From contig JBPYEZ010000123.1 in assembly GCA_051984395.1 (NCBI GenBank), positions 3,227 through 67,226 on the forward strand: a stretch of DNA of 64,000 nucleotides, written 5' to 3'. The notes under the pieces were generated by a model. It saw only the letters and a program-made list of their open reading frames with translations, was not told the origin of the DNA and searched no databases. This document shows positions 40,159 through 49,855 of this stretch, one piece after another (positions within the stretch are counted from its first letter, which is position 1; each line of letters begins with the position of its first letter). Source of the DNA: Acidimicrobiales bacterium (GTDB taxonomy: Bacteria > Actinomycetota > Acidimicrobiia > Acidimicrobiales > AC-9). A program made the position numbers and the translations under genes.

Positions 40159-41346
40159 TCAGGCGGCAGCGGCCGACGCGTCCCGGTAGAGAGCGGCGAG
40201 GCCGGCCGCGCACTCCTTCCAGCTGAAGGCCCCGACTCGCTGCCGGCCCCTCGCCACCAGATCGGCTCTCGCCCCGTCGTCGACGAGCAGGCGATCGATG
40301 GCGGCGGCCAGTACGTCGGCGTCATCCGGCTCGACCAGCTCGGCGCCGTCACCGACCACCTCGGGCAGTGCCCCCGCGGTGGTGGTCACGACGGGAACCC
40401 CCGCCGCCATCGCCTCGAGCGGCGGGAACCCGAAGCCCTCGTAGACCGACGGGAACGCGAACAGCGTGGCCTGCCGAAGCAGACGGGAACGGTGGGCCTG
40501 GCTCACGTAGCCCAGTCTCACCAGGCGGTCGCGCCACGGCGAGGCGGCGACGGCCGCCTCGAAGCCCTCCATGCCCCAGCCGGGCCGCCCCGCCACCACC
40601 AGCGACAGGTCTCGATGGCGGTCGGCCACCTTGTCGAAGGCCCGCACCAGGTTGGCGACGTCCTTCCTCGGCTCGACCGTGCCCAGGGCGAGCACGTACG
40701 GGCCGTCTGGTACCCACTCTTCCGGGGCCGGCCTCCCGGGCCCAGCTCCGGTGGCGCTGCCCCCGCCGGTCCTGGCGTCGGCGCACTCGACCGGCGGGAC
40801 ACCGTGGTGAACGGCGCGAACCCGCTCGGGCACCGCGCCCAGCAGCTCGACGACCTCGTCCCGCACGAACGCCGAGGGGGTGTGGACCCAGGCTCCCTGT
40901 CGGATGGCTCGGCGCACGAGCGGAGGGAAGGTCTGCGTGTAGTGGTCGCACATCTCCGGGAAGCGGACCGTCGTGAGGTCGTGCACGGTGAGCACCCGGG
41001 CCGCTCGCCGGGCCGGCGGAACGATGAAGTTCGTGCCATGGACCACGTCGACCGCGCCCGTGAACCACTCGATCGGCGGCAGCGACGTCAGTCGCCAGGC
41101 CCGGTGGACGGGCCGGGCGGGCATCGGCCTGTCGACCGCGGCCACCCCGGCGGGCAGGTGCTCGACGATCCGCCCCCGTCGCCGCCAGCTCACCGCGAAG
41201 GCGCGCACACGAAGGTCCTCGACCGCGGCCAGGGCGGCCAGGGCGCCGACACAGAAGGCGCCGATGCCGGCGGTCGTCCCGAGCAGGGGCGTGGCGTCGA
41301 AGGCCACGTCCAGGCCCGGCGGACCCGTCGCGCCCGAGCTTCGCAT
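40159..41346 (-). CDS. Glycosyltransferase family 4 (GT-B)
   Basis: ATG at 41346. GTVEPRKD and PSVYEGFGFPPLEAMAAGVPVV are present. Confidence 0.88.
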   Translation of the reverse strand: MRSSGATGPPGLDVAFDATPLLGTTAGIGAFCVGALAALAAVEDLRVRAFAVSWRRRGRIVEHLPAGVAAVDRPMPARPVHRAWRLTSLPPIEWFTGAVDVVHGTNFIVPPARRAARVLTVHDLTTVRFPEMCDHYTQTFPPLVRRAIRQGAWVHTPSAFVRDEVVELLGAVPERVRAVHHGVPPVECADARTGGGSATGAGPGRPAPEEWVPDGPYVLALGTVEPRKDVANLVRAFDKVADRHRDLSLVVAGRPGWGMEGFEAAVAASPWRDRLVRLGYVSQAHRSRLLRQATLFAFPSVYEGFGFPPLEAMAAGVPVVTTTAGALPEVVGDGAELVEPDDADVLAAAIDRLLVDDGARADLVARGRQRVGAFSWKECAAGLAALYRDASAAAA

Positions 41347-41386
41347 CACCGGAGCCTCCCACACGCCACGGGCGGGGAGGTCGAGC

Positions 41387-42373
41387 ATGATTAGCCTGAC
41401 GGGCATGATCGCTGCCCTGGCCGGAGGCGTGGGCGCCGCCCGCCTCCTGGGTGGTATGACCCGCGTCGTCTCTCCACGTGACATCACGGTCGTGGTCAAC
41501 ACGGGTGATGACACGGTCCTGCACGGCCTGCATGTGAGCCCCGACCTCGACACCGTCACCTACAGCCTCGCCGGTGTGGTCAACCAGGAGACGGGCTGGG
41601 GACTGGCAGGCGAGACGTGGGCGGCCATGGAGACCCTCGAGCGCTACGGCGGCGAGACCTGGTTCAGGCTGGGAGACCGCGACCTGGCGACCCACCTCTA
41701 TCGCACACAGCGGCTGCGCGACGGGGCTTCGCTGTCGATGGTCACAGCAGAGGTGGCGGCGGCGTGGGACGTCGGCCCGCGCATCCTGCCGATGTCCGAC
41801 GACCCGGTCCGCACCCGGGTCACGCTCGCCGAAGGAGCTGGGGCCGGCCCGGGAGACCGACCCGAGGACCGCGATGTGGAGTTCCAGGACTACTTCGTGC
41901 GACGGCGACACGCGGTGGAGGTGCAGGCCGTCCGCTTCGATGGCGCCGAGTCGGCCCGCCCGGCGCCAGGGGTGCTGGAGGCCATCGAGACAGCGAGGAC
42001 GGTCGTGGTGTGCCCGTCCAACCCCATCGTCTCGATCGGTCCGATCCTCGCCGTGCCTGGCGTCGAGGAGGCGATCGCCGGGCGGCGGGCCGACACGGTG
42101 GCGGTGTCGCCGATCGTGGCCGGCGCCGCGCTCAAAGGGCCGGCGGACCGGCTGCTCACCGAGCTCGGCCACGAGGCATCGGTGGTCGGCGTGGCCCGGC
42201 TCTACGCTCCCCTGGCGTCCACCCTGGTCGTGGACGACGCCGACGCTCCGCTCGCCGACCGGGTCGAGGCGGAGGGAATGCGGTGCGTGGTGGCCCCCGC
42301 CGTGATGAGCTCGCCCGAGCTGGCCGCGGCCCTGGCCAAGGTGGCCCTGGACGCAGGCGGTCGAAGGTCATGA
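41387..42373 (+). CDS. cofD: 2-phospho-L-lactate (or EPPG) transferase CofD/FbiA
   Basis: GGGGAGG lies 6 nt before the ATG. ALAGGVGAARLL, VVNTGDD...HGL.VSPDLDT..Y.L and WFRLGDRDLATH are present. Confidence 0.92.
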   Translation: MISLTGMIAALAGGVGAARLLGGMTRVVSPRDITVVVNTGDDTVLHGLHVSPDLDTVTYSLAGVVNQETGWGLAGETWAAMETLERYGGETWFRLGDRDLATHLYRTQRLRDGASLSMVTAEVAAAWDVGPRILPMSDDPVRTRVTLAEGAGAGPGDRPEDRDVEFQDYFVRRRHAVEVQAVRFDGAESARPAPGVLEAIETARTVVVCPSNPIVSIGPILAVPGVEEAIAGRRADTVAVSPIVAGAALKGPADRLLTELGHEASVVGVARLYAPLASTLVVDDADAPLADRVEAEGMRCVVAPAVMSSPELAAALAKVALDAGGRRS

Positions 42374-43065
42374 GCCTCCAGGTGCTCCCGGTCGCCGGCC
42401 TGCCCGAGGTCGGCGCCGGCGATGTGGTGGCCGACCTCATCGCCGACCGGATCGAGCTCGTTGACGGTGACGTCGTCGTCGTCACCCAGAAGATCGTGTC
42501 CAAGGCCGAAGGGCGACTGGTACCCGTCGACCCCGACGATCCCGGGTCCGTGCGGGAACTGGTCGAGACCGAGGCCACGCGGGTCCTGCGCCGCCGGGAG
42601 GACCTGATCATGACCGAGACCCGCCACGGCTTCGTGTGCGCCAACTCCGGCGTCGACCTCTCGAACGTCGAGTCGGGTCGCGCTGCGCTGCTGCCCGTCG
42701 ATCCGGACCGCTCGGCGCGACGCATACGCGACGGACTACGAGCCCGGACGGCGGTGACCGTCGGGGTCGTGGTATCCGACACCTTCGGCCGCACCTGGCG
42801 TCGCGGCAGCACCGACGTCGCCATAGGTGTGGCCGGCGTGGCCGCCGTGTTGGATCTCCGTGGCACCCGGGACTGGGGCGGTCGGGTCCTCGTGGGCACC
42901 GAGGTGTGCGTGGCGGACGAGCTGGCGGGGGCGGCCGAGCTGGTGATGGGCAAGGCGACAGGGGTGCCGGTCGCCGTCGTACGCGGGGTCGATCCGAGCT
43001 GGCTGCGCGAGTCGTCGGTAGCCGAGGAGGTGGTGCGGCCCTACCGCGAGGACCTGTTCCGCTGA
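42370..43065 (+). CDS. cofE: Coenzyme F420-0:L-glutamate ligase CofE (single-domain, no nitroreductase fusion)
   Basis: ATGA overlap with cofD. VVVVTQKIVSKAEGR, HGFVCANSGVDLSN and VVVSDTFGRTWRRG are present. Confidence 0.9.
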   Translation: MSLQVLPVAGLPEVGAGDVVADLIADRIELVDGDVVVVTQKIVSKAEGRLVPVDPDDPGSVRELVETEATRVLRRREDLIMTETRHGFVCANSGVDLSNVESGRAALLPVDPDRSARRIRDGLRARTAVTVGVVVSDTFGRTWRRGSTDVAIGVAGVAAVLDLRGTRDWGGRVLVGTEVCVADELAGAAELVMGKATGVPVAVVRGVDPSWLRESSVAEEVVRPYREDLFR

Positions 43066-44051
43066 CGCGAGCCGCGCCCACCCTTGGCCGGCCGGCCACC
43101 CCCGCCCCCGTCGGGCGACGTCGCCGCCAGCACGGCGGCCGTTCCGTCCGCCAGGGTCGTCCACGGCTTCCATCCCAGGTGGATGGCGGCGCGCCCCGGA
43201 TCGAGGGACGAGCGGTGGAGCTCTCCCGCCCGGGCCGGCGCGTGGACGGGACGCTGCGAGCTGTCCGCCGCGCTCGCCATCGTCTCGTACAGTCGCAGGA
43301 CCGACGTCTCGGTGCCGGTGCCCACGTTGAGGACCAGGCCGCCACCCCGTTGTCCGGCGCGCGCCATGGCGTCGACGACGTCGTCCACGAAGACGAAATC
43401 CCGAGTCTGGGAGCCGTCGCCGAAGATCGTGCAGCGCTCGCCGGCGACGAGGCGGCCAGCGAAGATGGCGACGACCCCGGCTTCCCCGTGAGGATCCTGG
43501 CGAGGCCCGTAGACGTTGCCGAGGGCCAGCGCGCAGAACTCCATGCTGTGGAGCTCCCGGTAGGCCCTGAGGTAGTCGATGACGGCCAGCTTGCTGACCC
43601 CGTACGGCGACGTCGGAGCGTGCGGAAGCGACTCCCGGGCGGGCAGGTCGGAGGGACGCACGTCGCCGTAGAGCGTGCCCCCACTGGCGGCGAAGACGAT
43701 CTTCGGCACCCCCGCCCGCCTCGCTCCCTCGAGGACCCGCAGGCTGCCGAGGATGTTGATGTCAGCGTCCAGCACCGGGTCGTCCACCGACACCCGCACG
43801 TCGGCCTGGGCAGCCAGGTGGAAGACCACTTCCGGCGGCCGCCGGGCCATGAGGTCGACCAGCTGGGGCGAGCGGATGTCGAGATGATGGAACGTCATGT
43901 CGTTCGAGGATCCGGAGCGGGCGTCGGCCAGGTTGGTGAGCGAGCCGCTCGACAGGTCGTCGACGACGTCCACCGCGTGACCCTCGGCGAGGAGACGGTC
44001 GACCAGCGTCGAGCCGATGAACCCCGCACCGCCGGTGACCAAGGCCCTCAT
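43041..44051 (-). CDS. NAD-dependent epimerase/dehydratase (UDP-hexose 4-epimerase-like)
   Basis: VTGGAGFIGSTLVDRL and the catalytic YGVSK are present. It overlaps the cofE 3' end convergently by 25 nt. Confidence 0.9.
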   Translation of the reverse strand: MRALVTGGAGFIGSTLVDRLLAEGHAVDVVDDLSSGSLTNLADARSGSSNDMTFHHLDIRSPQLVDLMARRPPEVVFHLAAQADVRVSVDDPVLDADINILGSLRVLEGARRAGVPKIVFAASGGTLYGDVRPSDLPARESLPHAPTSPYGVSKLAVIDYLRAYRELHSMEFCALALGNVYGPRQDPHGEAGVVAIFAGRLVAGERCTIFGDGSQTRDFVFVDDVVDAMARAGQRGGGLVLNVGTGTETSVLRLYETMASAADSSQRPVHAPARAGELHRSSLDPGRAAIHLGWKPWTTLADGTAAVLAATSPDGGGGGRPAKGGRGSRQRNRSSR

Positions 44052-45124
44052 GCCGGCACCCGATCGCCGTCCACCCGGGCGCTGGGCTCGATGATCGCCC
44101 CGGCACCCACGACCGACAGCCCGCGCACGACGGCGCTCTCGCCCACCACCGCCTCGGGGCCGACCACCGACGTGTCCACCGTCGCCCCCGCCGCCACCGA
44201 GGCGCCAGGCAGCAGGACCGAGCCCAGCACCGTGGCGCCGCCATCGACCCCGGCCCCGGCGCCGACCACCGAGCTGTCGACGATCGCCCCGCTGGCCACA
44301 CAGCCGCCGTCGCCGACCAGCGAGCCGGCCCGCACATCACCCTCGATCACCGGCGCACCGACCACCCAGACGCCGGGAGACACCTCTCGGGCACCGGGGC
44401 GCGGTGGTCCCGGCCGCGCTCCGGACAACAGGTCCCGGTTGGCCTGGAGGTACTTGGCGGGGGTACCGGCGTCGACCCAGTAGGCGTCGGAGGCGAGTGC
44501 GAACAGCCGCCCCGCTTCCACCAGGGCCGGGAAAGTCTCCCGCTCGATCGACACCCGCCGCTCGCGGTCGATGAGGTCGAGCACCGAGGGCTCGAGGACA
44601 TAGGTGCCGGCGTTGATCAGGTTGGTGGGAGCCCGCCCGGCCTCGGGCTTCTCGATGAAGGCCATGACCCGCCCCTCCCCATCCGTGGGCACCACGCCGA
44701 ACGAGGAGGGGTCCGGCACGGGTGTCAGGCTGATCGACGCCTCCGCACCTGTCTGGCGGTGGAACCGGATCAGCGCGCTCACGTCGAGATCGGTGAGGAC
44801 GTCGCCGTTCACCACGAGGAAGGTGTCGTCGATGCCGCCGTGGGCAGCTGCGAAGGCGATGGCGCCAGCGGTGTCGAGCGGAGCCGGTTCGACCGCGTAG
44901 CCGAGCCGAACCCCGCCGGCCCGGTCGTCCGGAAAGGCGCTGAAGAACGCGTCGGGCCGATAACCGAGCGACAACAACGCCTCCTCCACACCATGGGCTG
45001 CCAAATGGGACAGGACGCGCTCGATCATCGTCTGCTCCACCACCGGGAGCAGCTGCTTGGGGATCGAGTGTGTCAGCGGTCGAAGGCGCGTCCCCTCACC
45101 CCCGACCAGCACGACAGCTCTCAC
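44048..45124 (-). CDS. Sugar-1-phosphate nucleotidyltransferase (mannose-1-phosphate guanylyltransferase-like) with left-handed beta-helix C-terminus
   Basis: GTG at 45124. VLVGGEGTRLRPLT..IPKQLLPV is followed by C-terminal hexapeptide repeats. An ATGA overlap joins it to the downstream epimerase. Confidence 0.9.
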   Translation of the reverse strand: MRAVVLVGGEGTRLRPLTHSIPKQLLPVVEQTMIERVLSHLAAHGVEEALLSLGYRPDAFFSAFPDDRAGGVRLGYAVEPAPLDTAGAIAFAAAHGGIDDTFLVVNGDVLTDLDVSALIRFHRQTGAEASISLTPVPDPSSFGVVPTDGEGRVMAFIEKPEAGRAPTNLINAGTYVLEPSVLDLIDRERRVSIERETFPALVEAGRLFALASDAYWVDAGTPAKYLQANRDLLSGARPGPPRPGAREVSPGVWVVGAPVIEGDVRAGSLVGDGGCVASGAIVDSSVVGAGAGVDGGATVLGSVLLPGASVAAGATVDTSVVGPEAVVGESAVVRGLSVVGAGAIIEPSARVDGDRVPA

Positions 45125-45135
45125 GGGATGCGACC

Positions 45136-46047
45136 CTACCGCGGGGGTCGGGGCCGCCCCGCTGCCCGCTGGGCAGCGGCGGCGCCGGCCCGCAGCACGA
45201 GCCCCACCGCCACCACAGGCAGAAGGAGGCGACGCCAGCCTGAAGTGGTACGCCAGGCGAAGCGCAGCAGAGAGCGGTGATGGGCGACGATCATCCGGTA
45301 CGGATGCTGATCGGTCGACACTCCCTGGACGTGGAGGACACAGCCCGACGGTTCGTAGGCGACTCCCCACCCCGCCCGCCGCAGACGCCAGCACAGGTCG
45401 ACGTCCTCCAGGTACATGAAGTACGAGACGTCGAAGCCGCCCAGGTCCTCGAGCGCCTGTCGCCGGGCCAGGAAGCACGATCCCGACACCCAGTCGACGC
45501 TCCGCCTGCCGCCGTGATCCCAATCCAGCATCTTGTAGCTCCGGCTGAACCGGTTCCTCGGGGCCACCAGGCCGAGGAAGCCGTGCCCCATCGCGTCGAC
45601 CAGGGAGGGAAACGTGCGGGCCGAGGGATACAGCGTCTCGTCGGAGTTGAGCAGCCGAGGCCCGACCAGTGCCAGTGCGGGGTCGGCGTCGAGGACGGCC
45701 GCCATGGCGGCCACGGAGTCGGGGCGAACGACGACGTCGGCGTTGCACACCAGCACCAGCTCGCGGTTACCCTCCGCCAGACCCCGGTTGGCCCCGCCGC
45801 CGTAGCCGAGGTTGGCCTCGGTCTCGATGAACCGGACCTCGGGATCGGCTGCCGCCAGAGCCGCGCCCGAGCCGTCCACGGAGCCGTTGTCGACGACGAT
45901 GATGTCGGCCAGGCCGTCGTCCCTCAGGCTGGCCACGCACGCCAGCAGCTCGTCGCGGGCGTTGTAGTTCACGACCACCGCCTCGACCCGCCCGGCGACC
46001 TCGGACGAGGGCTCCTCGTGAGGTCGCTCCACCCTGCGCTGGCTCAC
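45136..46047 (-). CDS. Glycosyltransferase family 2 (WbbL-like rhamnosyltransferase)
   Basis: VVVNYNARDEL, IIVVDNGSVDGS, NLGYGGGANRG and the FMYLEDVDLCWR motif are present. Confidence 0.9.
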   Translation of the reverse strand: MSQRRVERPHEEPSSEVAGRVEAVVVNYNARDELLACVASLRDDGLADIIVVDNGSVDGSGAALAAADPEVRFIETEANLGYGGGANRGLAEGNRELVLVCNADVVVRPDSVAAMAAVLDADPALALVGPRLLNSDETLYPSARTFPSLVDAMGHGFLGLVAPRNRFSRSYKMLDWDHGGRRSVDWVSGSCFLARRQALEDLGGFDVSYFMYLEDVDLCWRLRRAGWGVAYEPSGCVLHVQGVSTDQHPYRMIVAHHRSLLRFAWRTTSGWRRLLLPVVAVGLVLRAGAAAAQRAAGRPRPPR

Positions 46048-46760
46048 CGCTCGGGCCGGAGGCGGTAGCGGGCGAGCGTCCGCAGGGCTCCCATCCCGTC
46101 GCGCCAGGTGAACTTGGTGCCTTCACTTGCGTCCCGACCGGCATAGGAGATGGGAACCTCGTAGATGCGGTGCCCCCGGCGCAGGACCTTGGCTGTGATC
46201 TCGGGCTCGAAGTCGAAGCGGTCCGACTCGATGGTGATGCCGTCGAGAACCCGGCGGTCGAACAGCTTGTAGCCCGTCTCCATGTCCGAGAGCGTCGTGT
46301 TGTAGGCGAGGCTCGTCATGAGCGACAACAGCCGGTTGCCCAGCCAGCTGCCGAGGGGCATGCTCCTGCGCTCGCCGGTGAAACGACTGCCGTAGACGAC
46401 CTGGGCCTTGCCCTTGATGACGGGGTCCAGGAGGCGGGGCCAGTCGTCGGGGTCGTACTCCGCGTCCGCGTCCTGGATCACCACCAGGTCTCCCCTCGCG
46501 TAGGCGAGCGCGGTGCGGATGGCGGCGCCCTTGCCCCGGTTCGACTCGTGGGTGAGCACCCGCAGCGTCGAGTCCTCGAGTGCCGCGAGAATCTTGTCGC
46601 TGCCGTCGGTCGATCCGTCGTCGACCACGATGATCTCGAGATCCAGCGGCAAGTCGACGGCGCGCACCCGACGAACGACCTCGGCCACCGTGTTGCGCTC
46701 GTTGAACACCGGGATCACGACGGAGAGCCTCTCGTACCGCCCCTCGTGCTCATCCACCAT
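46044..46760 (-). CDS. Glycosyltransferase family 2, polyprenyl/dolichyl-phosphate sugar synthase-like (DPM1/ArnC/GtrB clade, soluble form)
   Basis: ATG at 46760. [49 protein letters not shown] and FEPEITAK are present. Confidence 0.88.
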   Translation of the reverse strand: MVDEHEGRYERLSVVIPVFNERNTVAEVVRRVRAVDLPLDLEIIVVDDGSTDGSDKILAALEDSTLRVLTHESNRGKGAAIRTALAYARGDLVVIQDADAEYDPDDWPRLLDPVIKGKAQVVYGSRFTGERRSMPLGSWLGNRLLSLMTSLAYNTTLSDMETGYKLFDRRVLDGITIESDRFDFEPEITAKVLRRGHRIYEVPISYAGRDASEGTKFTWRDGMGALRTLARYRLRPER

Positions 46761-47730
46761 GGCGATCCACCTCGGCAGCGAAGTACGACAGCGTCTGGGC
46801 CAGTCCCTCACGGATCGGGATGTGGGGCTCCCATCCCAGTGCCGACCGTGCCAGGCTGATATCGGGCCGCCGCTGAGAGGGGTCGTCCACCGGAAGGGGC
46901 TCGTGGATCACCTCCGACGACGAGCCGGTGATCTCGATGATCGTCTCGGCCAGCTCCGCCACGGTGAGCTCTGTCGGGTTGCCGATGTTCACTGGTCCGA
47001 CCTCGTCCGACTCCAGCAGGGAGAGGATGCCCGCCACCTCGTCGTCGACGTGGCAGAAGCTCCGCGTCTGCGTGCCGTTGCCGTAGACCGTCAACGGCTT
47101 GCCCTGCAGAGCCTGGACGAGCAGGTTGGAGACCACCCGGCCGTCGGACGGCCTCATCCGCGGTCCGTAGGTGTTGAAGATGCGGACGATCCGCACGTCG
47201 ACACCGTGGGCGCGGTGGTAAGCCATCGTGATCGCCTCCGCGAACCGCTTTGCCTCGTCGTACACCCCACGAGGTCCGATCGGGTTGACGTGGCCCCAGT
47301 AGTCCTCGGTCTGGGGGTGGACCTCGGGGTCCCCGTAGACCTCGCTGGTGGAGGCGAGGAGGAAGCGGGCGTCCTTGGCCTTGGCCAGCCCCAGGCAGTT
47401 GTGGGTGCCCAGGCTGCCGACCTTGAGGGTCTGGATCGGCAGCTCGAGGTAGTCGCGAGGCGACGCCGGGCTGGCGAAGTGGAGCACGGCGTCCACGGGA
47501 CCCTCGACCGCCAGGGGCCTGCTCACGTCGTGGCGGACGAAGCTGAAGTCGTCCCGGCCCATCAGGTGCTCGATGTTGGCTTTCGACCCAGTGACGCAGT
47601 TGTCGACGCAGATCACGGTGTGGCCGCGCTCCACCAGCCGATCGCACAGGTGGGAGCCGAGAAAGCCGGCCCCGCCCGTGACGACGATCCGGCCCGGTCC
47701 GGCCGGCCAGGGGCGGGCGAGGTCGGTCAC
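46750..47730 (-). CDS. UDP-glucuronate decarboxylase (UDP-xylose synthase)
   Basis: [43 protein letters not shown] and [10 protein letters not shown] are present. Confidence 0.92.
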   Translation of the reverse strand: MTDLARPWPAGPGRIVVTGGAGFLGSHLCDRLVERGHTVICVDNCVTGSKANIEHLMGRDDFSFVRHDVSRPLAVEGPVDAVLHFASPASPRDYLELPIQTLKVGSLGTHNCLGLAKAKDARFLLASTSEVYGDPEVHPQTEDYWGHVNPIGPRGVYDEAKRFAEAITMAYHRAHGVDVRIVRIFNTYGPRMRPSDGRVVSNLLVQALQGKPLTVYGNGTQTRSFCHVDDEVAGILSLLESDEVGPVNIGNPTELTVAELAETIIEITGSSSEVIHEPLPVDDPSQRRPDISLARSALGWEPHIPIREGLAQTLSYFAAEVDRHGG

Positions 47731-48998
47731 TGGCGCCCGATCCCCTGGTAGGCGAAGCCGGCTCGCCGCAGGGCGGCCGAGTCCAGCAGGTTGCGAGCGT
47801 CGACGACAGCTGCCTTCGCCATCATGTCCCGCACCTTACGGAAGTCCAGCCAGCGGAACTCATCCCACTCGGTCAACACCACCAGCACCTGGGCTCCCTC
47901 GCAGGCCGCGTACGGGTCGTCGCAGACGTCGATGCGACCGAGCGGACCGCGCACGGTCGGGTCGTAGGCCCGGATGCGCGCCCCCTGGTCGGCCAGGCGG
48001 TCGATGACGTGGAGGGCTGGAGAATCCCGCCGGTCATCGGTGCGGGCCTTGAAGGTGAGCCCCCAGGCGGCCACGTCCACGCCGTCGACGGACCCACCCG
48101 CCTGGGCCACCACCTTGGCCACGACCCTGGAGTGCTGCTCCTCGTTCACGGCGATGACGCCGCGCAGCAGCCCGAAGTCGTACCCCGCGTCCTCGCCGAT
48201 GCGTACCAGCGCCCGGGTGTCCTTGGGGAAGCAGCTCCCACCGAACCCCGGGCCCGGGCGCAGGAACTCGAAGCCGATGCGCCGGTCGTAGCCCATGCCC
48301 AGGACCACCTCACGCACGTCGGCGCCCACCGCCTCGCACAGGTTGGCCACCGCGTTGATGAAGCTGACCTTGGTGGCGAGGAAGGCGTTCGAGGCGTACT
48401 TGATCGTCTCCGCCGACGAGGGGTCGGTCACGATGAGGGGAGCCTGGATCGCCTTGTAGAGCGACGCCACCCGGATGGCGGCGGCCTGGTCGTCGCTGCC
48501 GATGACGATCCGGTCGGGATGGAAGCAGTCGTGCACGGCGGAGCCCTCGCGCAGGAACTCCGGGTTGGACACCACCGTGACGTCGCTGCGCCCGAGGGCC
48601 AGCTCGACGACCCTGGTCGAGCCGACCGGCACGGTCGACTTGTTGACCACGACCGTCTCGGCCGCCAGCACGGGACCGATCTCGGCGGCGGCGGCCTCGA
48701 TGTAGGCCATGTCGGCCGAGCCGTCGTCGCGTTGGGGCGTGGGCACGCACAGGAAGACGAACTCCCTGTCAGGTGCGGCCGCCGCCGCGCCCAGCGCAAA
48801 GGACAGTCGCCCGCCGTCGAGCCCCTCGCGCACCAGCTCGTCGAGGCCGTCCTCCACGATCGGGACCTCACCCCGGCTCAGACGCTCGATCTTGTCCGCC
48901 ACCACGTCGGCGCAGGTCACCTGGTGGCCGAGATGGGCGAGGAAGGCGCCCGTCGTCAGACCGACGTAGCCCGTGCCGACGATCGTGATCGAGCTCAT
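47727..48998 (-). CDS. UDP-glucose 6-dehydrogenase
   Basis: ATG at 48998. [15 protein letters not shown] and the catalytic Cys in [10 protein letters not shown] are present. ATGA overlaps occur at both ends. Confidence 0.93.
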   Translation of the reverse strand: MSSITIVGTGYVGLTTGAFLAHLGHQVTCADVVADKIERLSRGEVPIVEDGLDELVREGLDGGRLSFALGAAAAAPDREFVFLCVPTPQRDDGSADMAYIEAAAAEIGPVLAAETVVVNKSTVPVGSTRVVELALGRSDVTVVSNPEFLREGSAVHDCFHPDRIVIGSDDQAAAIRVASLYKAIQAPLIVTDPSSAETIKYASNAFLATKVSFINAVANLCEAVGADVREVVLGMGYDRRIGFEFLRPGPGFGGSCFPKDTRALVRIGEDAGYDFGLLRGVIAVNEEQHSRVVAKVVAQAGGSVDGVDVAAWGLTFKARTDDRRDSPALHVIDRLADQGARIRAYDPTVRGPLGRIDVCDDPYAACEGAQVLVVLTEWDEFRWLDFRKVRDMMAKAAVVDARNLLDSAALRRAGFAYQGIGRQ

Positions 48999-49855
48999 CC
49001 CGTGATCTCCTTCACCAGACGCGCCAGGGGCTCCTCCCACCCCGGCAGCAGCGGGAGGCCGGACAGGCGCAGAGCGGCGTTGTCCAGCACCGAGTTCGCC
49101 GGCCTGGGCGCCGCCCGCCGGGGCCGAAGGGCGTCGGTCGTCACCGCCTCGACCCGATCGGGATCGTGCCCGGCGGCTGCCATGATGGCCCGGGCGAAGC
49201 CGAACCACGTCGTGGGTCCCTGGTTGGTCACGTGGAACACGCCCGGTCGCCGGCTCAGGGCGAGCGAGCGCACGACCGGGGCCAGGTCCGAGGTGAACGT
49301 CGGGCATCCGAGCTGGTCGTCGACGAAGCGCAGCGGTCCTCCCTCGGCGGCCAGGCGCAGGACGGTCCGCACGACGTTGGTCCCGTGGCGGCCGCAGACC
49401 CAGGAGCTGCGGACCACGGCGTCCCCCCGGTCCAGCTCGGCCTCGCCGGCCAGCTTGGAGCGGCCGTAGACCGACAGGGGGTTGGGCTCGTCCCACTCGT
49501 GGTACGGCCTCGTGGCCCGGCCGTCGAACACGTAGTCGGTGGAGACGTAACAGAGGTGGGCACCCACCTGCCTGGCGCCCTCGGCCATGTGACGGGTACC
49601 CAGGGCGTTGACGGCCATGGCCCGGTCGGGGTCACCTTCGCAGGCGTCCACCGCGGTCCAGGCGGCGGCGTGGACCACCACCTCGGGCCGGAACGATCCC
49701 ATGGCCTGGAGCACGGCATCGCGATCGGTCACGTCGAGGCGGCCCCGGTCGGCGGCCACCACCTCGTAGGCCTTTCCGCCGCCGTCGGCGGCGAACGCCT
49801 CCACGAGGTCGTGGCCCAGCTGGCCGCCGGCGCCGGTGAGCAGCACTCGGGTCAC
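48995..49855 (-). CDS. rfbD: dTDP-4-dehydrorhamnose reductase
   Basis: GTG at 49855 (GTGA overlap with rmlB). LLTGAGGQLG, VSTDYVFDG and YGRSKLAGE are present. Confidence 0.92.
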   Translation of the reverse strand: MTRVLLTGAGGQLGHDLVEAFAADGGGKAYEVVAADRGRLDVTDRDAVLQAMGSFRPEVVVHAAAWTAVDACEGDPDRAMAVNALGTRHMAEGARQVGAHLCYVSTDYVFDGRATRPYHEWDEPNPLSVYGRSKLAGEAELDRGDAVVRSSWVCGRHGTNVVRTVLRLAAEGGPLRFVDDQLGCPTFTSDLAPVVRSLALSRRPGVFHVTNQGPTTWFGFARAIMAAAGHDPDRVEAVTTDALRPRRAAPRPANSVLDNAALRLSGLPLLPGWEEPLARLVKEITG

